A program made the translations under genes and the position numbers. Of a stretch of 64,000 nt of DNA, positions 55,964-64,000 are shown piece by piece. Positions within the stretch are counted from its first letter, which is position 1, and every line of letters begins with the position of its first letter. Below the pieces are notes generated by a model that saw only the letters and a program-made list of their open reading frames with translations, was not told the DNA's origin and did not search any database. The stretch lies in the NCBI GenBank assembly GCA_964016885.1, contig OZ024740.1, forward strand, positions 321,346,001 through 321,410,000, in the 5' to 3' direction. The DNA comes from Eledone cirrhosa. Lineage: Eukaryota.

Positions 55964-57429
55964 GTAAGCAATTTCTTTACTAATTTTTTATTCTATCGGA
56001 AACGAGACACTACTACTACTGTCTCGGCATTAACGACCATACAGGCTTTAAATTCGCCGATCTGACTGAAGTAAAGATTCCTAGCAGAGTTTTTTAGTTG
56101 CAAATAATTTTCCTAAGCATATCTTAACGTTTTAGAAGATACTTTTGAATATCCAGTGTAAATATATGAAATAAATAGGTATTTTTATGTGAATCCCTTT
56201 CGTTCCTCGTCTGGCCATTATGGCGGCTAACAGCGCGTGGTTGTGGCAGGTGCGTGTGTCAACAACTTGTTGCAGTCAACACTGTGTTTACCTGTCTTCT
56301 ATTCCACCTCTATTAACGAGGCTGCTCTTACCAATAAACTTCTCATTACTACCACAATTATTAACTATGCAATACAGTGTGTAGGTTCGATGAGTTGCTG
56401 ATCATATATCGATAATTCGTTGTTGCCATGTTTGAAATGTTCGCTCGAAAGTAAAAAATGTTGGGGATTTCTCTTGGTTTTTGTATTTACCGGCATTTCA
56501 AGCCAATCTTTCTCTTACATAGGCAAATTCTCTTCCTTTCCACCGAAATACCGAAAAGAAGAATATCTTTTCTTCCATTAAGAAAACATAAAAGAAAATA
56601 TAATGAACTTTTTCACATCTGAAGGTTGAAATTTTAAATTTCATTGAATAAATTTTAATGAAAATTTTAGTTATTTCTTTTTTGATTTGAAAATAGATTT
56701 TTGAGAGAAATTTAAACTTTTATTGAAAGTAGACTTTTTAATCATTATTTTAGTTACAAAATTTATTGGAATTTCAAGATTTTCTGTGGCTATCTTCACA
56801 TTCATCCACACCTTGTAATGTGGAGATATATAATTTAACTTAAATATTTTCCAGCTTGAAATATTTCATTCAATAAATATATTTTATTGATGGTTTCATT
56901 TTTACAAAAAATATTTCTAATTCAAAGCAAACATTTGTAGATTTTATTTCAGTTTTTCTTAATTTTGATAACAACTTGTAAGTTTTTGGTTAAGTTTTTT
57001 CTTCATATATTTTTGTGTGAAAAAAATCACTAAAAACAACAGAAAATCTATGGGAAATGTCTGTTGATTTTACTCGTTTATTGTAATATTTATTTAATTT
57101 CTCTCATATTTTAATATATTTTCTTTTTTCTGGATGGAATTTTTCAATTGTGTAGTTACGTCATCGTAACTTGGCATAAATTATCCAACTTTTAAAATAC
57201 ATCCCAATCTTACTGAAATGTTCACCCCCCCATTAGTGTTTATCCTTCTAGAAATTCTTTTAAAAATATTTTTGTTTAATTTTATTTAAAACAAAAAGCT
57301 CCCAAATCTATTAAAAAATTCTCATCCTTAGGTCTAGCTTAATTAAAAATGAGGAATGTCTTTTACAAAATTATACGTAATGATCTTCAACCATTCATAA
57401 ATAAAATTGAAAATTGTTTTTATTAAGAC

Positions 57430-57930
57430 AGGAAGAAATGGGTTTGGAAATATTACTATGGGAGATTGCTGAATGAAGAGGGACTAAGAAAAAGATAGAG
57501 GGGTGTCGGCTATAAGACCCCACACAGAAACCACTATAGTATTGGAAGGACCACTAAGGATATGAATGCCAGGGAAAGCAGTTGGGGCATCAGGGTTGCT
57601 TATTGAGATATTGAAAATATTTGGTGAAATAGGATAGGTGCTAGTTACTTGCATAGTCAACCAGGTAAAGGAAAGTATACCAAATGACAGGTATAGCAGT
57701 ATCATTATCAACTATTACAAGGGCAAAAGAGATACCCTAGAAAGAAGGAACTAGAAATATCAAACTGATGGGCCAAGTAATGAAAATACAAAGATTTTTT
57801 TTATAGTACAACTGATTAGGAAGAAAATTTGCTGAGATATGATACAATTTGGGTTTGTGCCAGGATGGGGTGCCACTGGTACTCTGTTGCTTGTCAGATA
57901 ACTACAGAGGTTCTTAGCAAAGAGCAATGT
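57430..57930 (+). mobile_element. Highly decayed LINE reverse transcriptase fragment
   Basis: Remnants resembling GKAVGASGLLIEILK, YKGKRDTLE and QFGFVPGWGATG (RT N-terminal motifs), with many stops and frameshifts. Confidence 0.65.
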
Positions 57931-58083
57931 CCTGATGTTAAACTGATACTATATACTGTTAGACTGTCCTGATGTTAAACTGATACTATATACTGTTAGA
58001 CTGTCCTGATGATGTTAAACTGATACTATATACTGTTAGACTGTCCTGATGATGTTAAACTGATACTATATACTGTTAGACTG
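57928..58083. repeat. Short tandem repeat (~37-40 bp) x4
   Basis: tgtcctgat(gat)gttaaactgatactatatactgttagac. Confidence 0.9.
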
Positions 58084-60318
58084 GTACTATAATTTATCGA
58101 CTCTGAAAAGATGAAAGACAAAATTGATCTTGGGATTGAACTCAGAGAGCATAGACAGCTGGAACAAATACCAAAAGGTAGTTTGTTCCATTCTCTAATG
58201 ACATTGCCAATTCACTGCCTGGTTCTATTACAACCCTCCTGCTATAATCCTTTTAATACCAAACCACCTGAAACAGCCCTTGGTTCTATAGCACCAGACT
58301 GTTTAGAATTATTTATATAAAAAAAACTTGCATCATAATTTTATGTAAGAAATTTTTATATCCAGTTATGTTCTTAACATTAGCTTAGCCTTTTTGATAT
58401 CAACTTGCTTGAAATGGTAGTTGGTTCTAGCTTATATAACAGCCTGTTTTAAAGTGTTCAGACTTACATTAAAAACTTAACTCATAATTTTATCTAAATA
58501 TTTTTGTTAATTTCTAAACAGCAGCTTAATTTAAAAGTTATATTAATAAATTCCTCGAAATATTTGATAATTTTGAAAATTAATCAGGAACATAAGCAGT
58601 ATCTTTCACTAGAAATATAGTATCAAAAGTGTTAATAAAAAAATTGGTTATTTAATCTTTAAATTTTAGATTATTTGAAACACAAGGAAACAGTAAATAT
58701 ATATTTCCAACTTCCATTGATAAGTTTTACTTAATTTTGTGTTATGTACTTCAACTGGTTTCAATCATTAGTCTGTGCTGATGCTGGGGCACCATCTTAG
58801 ATACCTTTTTCTGTAGATCTTATATTGTAGTTAGGTAGATTAAGACGAGTTTCTTACTTTTAGAAACACAAAGAACTTAATGTTTGAATATTTGCTTAGT
58901 TTCTTTATGTAAAAATATGTCTTAGAGTTTGTTCAGCTGGTCACATTGGTTGGCACTACGCTATATTTTTAGCTTGTTCAGCTTTTCAGGCTGGTATAGT
59001 GTTGACTAAAACCCTTTCATTACCATATTTTAAAATGACATCATCATAATTTTACCTCCCCTTTCTATGCTGCCATGCCAATAATTTTCAAATAGTTTTG
59101 AAAATAAAGAATTTGGAGGAATTTAGTAATGTAACCAACTTTATCATAACTAAGCTGGTGTTTGGAGCATAACATAAAATTATGATGTGAGGTTTTTAGA
59201 TAAATATAAACTATTTAGCCCTTTCCTTAACATACTTCTAATAAAAGACATGATTTTCAAATAATTTTGAAAATCAAGACTTTCTTCTTCAGCTGTTAAA
59301 TGCTACTACCAAAAGCAGCTTGGTGTGACACCTTGGTTCAATCAGGAGGTTAAAGATGCTATCCGAGCAAAGAAGGAGGCTCACAAAGCTTGTCTAGGAA
59401 ATAAGTCCTTCTTTCACTTGTGATACAAGCATGTGCTAAAAGTCACAGCAGAGACAGTAAAGGCATCCAAAGTTAAGTCATGAAAGGGCTTTGGGATGGA
59501 CACTTTCTCTTCTGGTATAGGTTAGACAAGGGGAGTGGGGGATTAAGGTGAGGAAGTGGACAGAGGGCTCGGGTCTATCTACCTCTCTTTTTGTGTGCGT
59601 TGGGAAGGTGAGTTGGGAAGGTGAGTCTTCTGAAGTACAGCATGTCTTCAAATGACCCACTCTTGTCATCTTTGTCAGGCCAGCCTTTACCACAAGCCCC
59701 AAGTTTTCCTAGATCAACCTCTTTCACAGTTTCCATCAACTTTAAGTGCCATATACTTTTTTTTATGCAGCTGTCATTCTTCATATGCTTCACATCTAAC
59801 CTATAATATATAGTTTATTAGTATTCTACAATATATAGTCTATTAAACATCTATATTATATGGTAGCATTTACATTATTTTATATTTTCACAGTAAAGGC
59901 TTTACCTTACATAATTATCTTACATAGTATCGAATCTATGAGCTTTTGATATTTATGTTGAGAACAATACCTTGACACATATGAGTGGCCGGTTTGAACA
60001 GAAAGAGGTGAGAGAATTCTGGCCGGATATGATTGGTTTAGATGAAACAAAACTACTCATTTTAAAAGGTTCCTAGTTCGATTGAAATGTTCCAACATAA
60101 TATAATTATATAGACCTGGTGTTATGTTACAAATATGCTAATGAAATGTAGTAAATCACTTCCAAATCATCATCATCAACGTCCTTCATTAATAAATACA
60201 GTGTTTTGTTAGAAATATGGTAATAAAAGAGTTAACTGTTGATGCTTGTTAGCCCCATAGTTGTGGAAAATATTTAATTCAGTAGTTTACATTGCTATGA
60301 TAAATGATAGCAGTGGCT

Positions 60319-60349
<31 letters not shown>

Positions 60350-60964
60350 CATCATTTCATTTTACATCCGCTTTACCCTTCTTGCAAGAGTGGGACGGGA
60401 ACTGATTCTGGCTTGATTTCTACAGCTGGATGCCCTTTCTAACACCAACCTCATTTACAGTGAGTGCTGGGTGCTTTTTTGCCGTGGCACCTCCACGACC
60501 ACTTTGCAGTGGAATGATAGGGACCCCAGTCCTTATCATCTCATTTCTACAGCTGAGTAAACTGGAGCAATATGAAATAAAGTGTCTTGCTCAAGGAAAC
60601 AACACATCACCCAGTCTGAGAATTGAACTCAACCTTTCGATTGCAATGCCAATGCTCTAACCACTAAGCCATGTGCCTCCATTATATATATGAATATACA
60701 CACAAACACTCTTTTGCCTGTTTCAATTGACTGGCTGAGGCCATGTTGCAACACTGCCATATATATATATATCTGTATGTGGTTTTATGGCTGAGAGAAA
60801 AGAGTATTTAATATTGAAGTAGTTTAAAAAATAGTGAGTCTTGTTACTCTGGAGTTTCGCCTGTTTATCTCAGGCTCATATAGATGTGTGTGTATGTAAA
60901 AATAACAATAATTATCATTTTCTGTTCTTTTTTCCTTGCTAGCAAAGGTTGGACAGGTTGTCTG

Positions 60965-61190
60965 ACTATCTGTTTATCACGGTCATGTCTGTACCATTTG
61001 TTTATAACAGGGTCATATTAGTAGCAAGCTTGTACCATCTTTTTATCTCAGGGTCATATTTGTACCCATCTGGTTATCACAGGGTCATATCTGTACCAAG
61101 TCTACCCATCTGGTTATCGCAGAATCATATCTGTACCCATCTGGTTATCATAGGGTCATGTCTGTACCAAGTCTGTACTCATCTGGAGCA
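60965..61190. repeat. Degenerate ~31-42 bp tandem repeat
   Basis: catctggttatcacagggtcatatctgtacc units. Confidence 0.75.
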
Positions 61191-64000
61191 CTCAGCTCTG
61201 TTTTTGAACTCTGACAATTTATTAATGACAAAAATATCATTTTACGCCTGAACTTTCCCCATACTAACTCATGGATGGGTTGTTATTAAGTCAGCACTTA
61301 CTTGGGAGTTATTTTTCTCCTAGATGTGTTAGGGGCCACATTTCACTTGCATACATTCCAGATTTAGCATGAATTCTAAGGCTGGATGCCTTGCTTAACA
61401 CCAACCCATTTACATTGTACTGGGTATGTTTTTTCATGGCGCCAACACTTGGGAAGTTATGTCTTTAACTCTACTAAAGTCCTCTCAAACCTTTGTTTAG
61501 TATGGTTTCTACAGTTGGATGCCTTTTCTGATACCAGTCACTATACTGGATGTATTCTATGATACCATCACTAGCGGGGTTGACATGTCTTTGACACAAC
61601 TGGAGATTCCTCTTAACTTTTCACTTTTACGACTGGGTGACTTACCTGATTTCAACCACTTTACAGAGTGTACTGGGTGTATTTTATCATGGTACCATTT
61701 GATATGAGATTTTTCTCAACTTTTCGTTTCTACAGCTGGATAACCTACCTAATGCTAGCCATTTACAGAGTATACTAGGTGCATTTTATTATGGTACCAA
61801 CACCTGACATGACTGAACTGTCCTTTCTAGAATTTTCTCTACCACATTCTTACAGTAGCTACTGTACTTTCTGAAGATTCACCTTCATTGCTAAATAGGT
61901 CATTTAACTGGGATTGTATATTTGAAGTTACTGCAATCTCAGGCAGGTTAATATATTAAATTATTTGACATGACAGTTTAAACATAAGTTTTCAATATAA
62001 ATTGTAAATGAATAATTTTTAATTGTTGAACATGTTGGATTGAAACAGGTTGCCTTATCATTGTTTTAATTGAATATAATTATATATAACAAGAAAAAAC
62101 AATACAAGAGACCAATACAAATACAATAATAGTATGTTAGTTTATCACTTGATATAGTTGGAAAAGAGTCTCAACGTTTCAGGTGCTAGTCTTTCTTTGG
62201 AAGATAGAAATAGAGAAGAGGAAATGTTTGGAGGAGAGAAAAATAAGGAAGATAGATGAGAGTAAGAAAAGAAAAGAGAAGGCATGTGTTGTTGATAGTC
62301 ATATATAAATGGTGCCGCGACAAAAAATGGCCAGTCCATACTGTAAAGTGGTTGTATAGGTGACGACAAAAAGCAACCAGCCCACAGTAAAGTGGTCGTT
62401 TTGGTAACATGACAAAAAGGACTCAGTGCACACTTTAAGGTGGTCATTTTGATTCCACAATAAAATGCACCCAGTACACACTGTAAATGTGGTTAGCATT
62501 AGGAAGAGTATCCAGCTGTAGAAACCAAGCCAAAATCAATTCTGTATGAGCATGATACAGTCATTTGATTTGGCTTGTCTCACAACAGAACAACTTGTCT
62601 AACCCATGCTAGCATGGAAAATGGATGTTAAATGGTGATGATGGTACATATTTTTTATTAATTGGATCAATTTCTTGATTGTGTGAATCAGAATGTTTAG
62701 TTTTTGTTTGTACTGCATGTTTCTGTATCAGGTACACTGTATTAACATTAATAAGTAAGTACATTGTATTTAGTTTAGAATAGGTATACTATCTGGGACT
62801 AAAGAGGTACCACCCTGTTCTCTCCGTTCACTGAAGGTAATAAGACCAAGAGGGTGAATAGAATAGAGGGCAATGACAGAAGTACCCTGGTGAGGAGTGC
62901 AAGAGTGGGCAATATTGTTTTACTCTTATTTGTTTCTGCTGCTATGCTGAGTCATCACTTTTACTTATATTTTTCAAGTCTGGTATTTATTTTATCAATC
63001 TCTTTTTTTGTCAATTACAGACACAAATACAAATGTAAACACACACACACCTCATCATCATCATTTAACAAATGCTTATTCATGCTGATCTGGTTTGGAT
63101 ACACAAATATATATATATATATATATATATATGGTGCTATGAAAATAATTCCCTGTATACGCTATAAAGTGGTTGGTGCTGAGAAGTGCATGTAGAAAAC
63201 CATGTCAAAGATAAATCATGAATAAGATGTGGTCACATGACCTGAGGCTCTAACCCAGGCAAACATGGAAAATAGATTGTGATGACAATGATGATGATAC
63301 ATATCTATATGACAAAGAGTTTTTGCAGTTCCCATCCACCAAATTTCACTCAAGGCATTGGTCAATCTGAGGTTACAGGGTCTTAGTAGAAATCACTTGT
63401 GGTTGTGAAGCAAAGTCTTTCACCAAACAGTAATGCCTGTACTACTTTTAGTGTTGTTTAATGTGTATTTTAAAGCTGTTTGTCTAATACTAGTGAATAG
63501 TCACAAGAGTGAAATTATCTGGCAGTCTTTTCTTCTACTGACCTAGTTTATTTCAAGATAAAACACATTTATTTCTGATAGATTTTATTTATTAAACACA
63601 AAATAGTCCTACACTTGAGATTACTGATATGAGAACCTACTTCATCATCATATATCTGCTTTTCCATGCTGATATGGATTGTTATGTCCCGAGACATTTC
63701 TTATTTGGAGTTACTGCCTTAGATGAATTGGTAGAGTGTATCTTGCTGCTCATACATTCTAATTCTTGACATGGTTTCTACACCCTTCCTAACATCAAAC
63801 ACTTTACATAATGTATAGGTTGCATTTTAATACAGCACCATTATTAGAGGTTTTCATATCCTCAACAAGACTATTGAGTCTTCTCTGCTCTACGTTATTT
63901 CCTTTTATTTACCAACTACTTTACAGAATGTATTTTATTGACACCAACACTGGAGAAGTTGCCTTGCTCATACATACATGGCAAGAGTTATCTCCTCTGT

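Noticed and set aside
57928-58083. CTGATGA within the tandem repeat as a hammerhead array
   Set aside because: There is no GAAA box or compatible stems, and CTGATGA arises from a GAT slippage in only two of the four units.
55964-64000. Further SPS2 exons or a SECIS element
   Set aside because: No IGMD/QTTDFFYP-coding exon or convincing SECIS was seen. The rest of the gene probably lies beyond the window.

Overview
AT-rich, microsatellite- and SINE-dense animal genomic DNA. The repeat families resemble octopus/coleoid cephalopod repeats, which is an inference. Three intron-containing genes were reconstructed by hand: ORC6 (minus strand, 7 coding exons, 249 aa), VPS35 (plus strand, 17 coding exons, 795 aa) and the first exons of a selenophosphate synthetase (SPS2/SEPHS2-like). 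ORC6 and VPS35 are head-to-head, with ATGs 292 bp apart and an E2F site between them. The SPS gene has an in-frame UGA at the Sec position followed by an SRE-like stem-loop. Unusual signals: (1) VPS35 intron 3 is a minor-spliceosome (U12) intron whose homology-required 3' end is TG rather than AG. (2) A near-canonical minimal type I hammerhead ribozyme lies at 50361-50482, with a cluster of related hammerhead-like cores, several inside long palindromes, consistent with Penelope-like element termini. (3) VPS35 has a candidate 60-nt in-frame cassette exon. (4) A ~6.1 kb intronic 38-bp hairpin minisatellite shows higher-order structure. (5) Identical inverted SINE segments flank VPS35 exons 13-14. 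Most short ORFs in the supplied track are spurious. All analysis was done by eye, with no searches or folding programs run.
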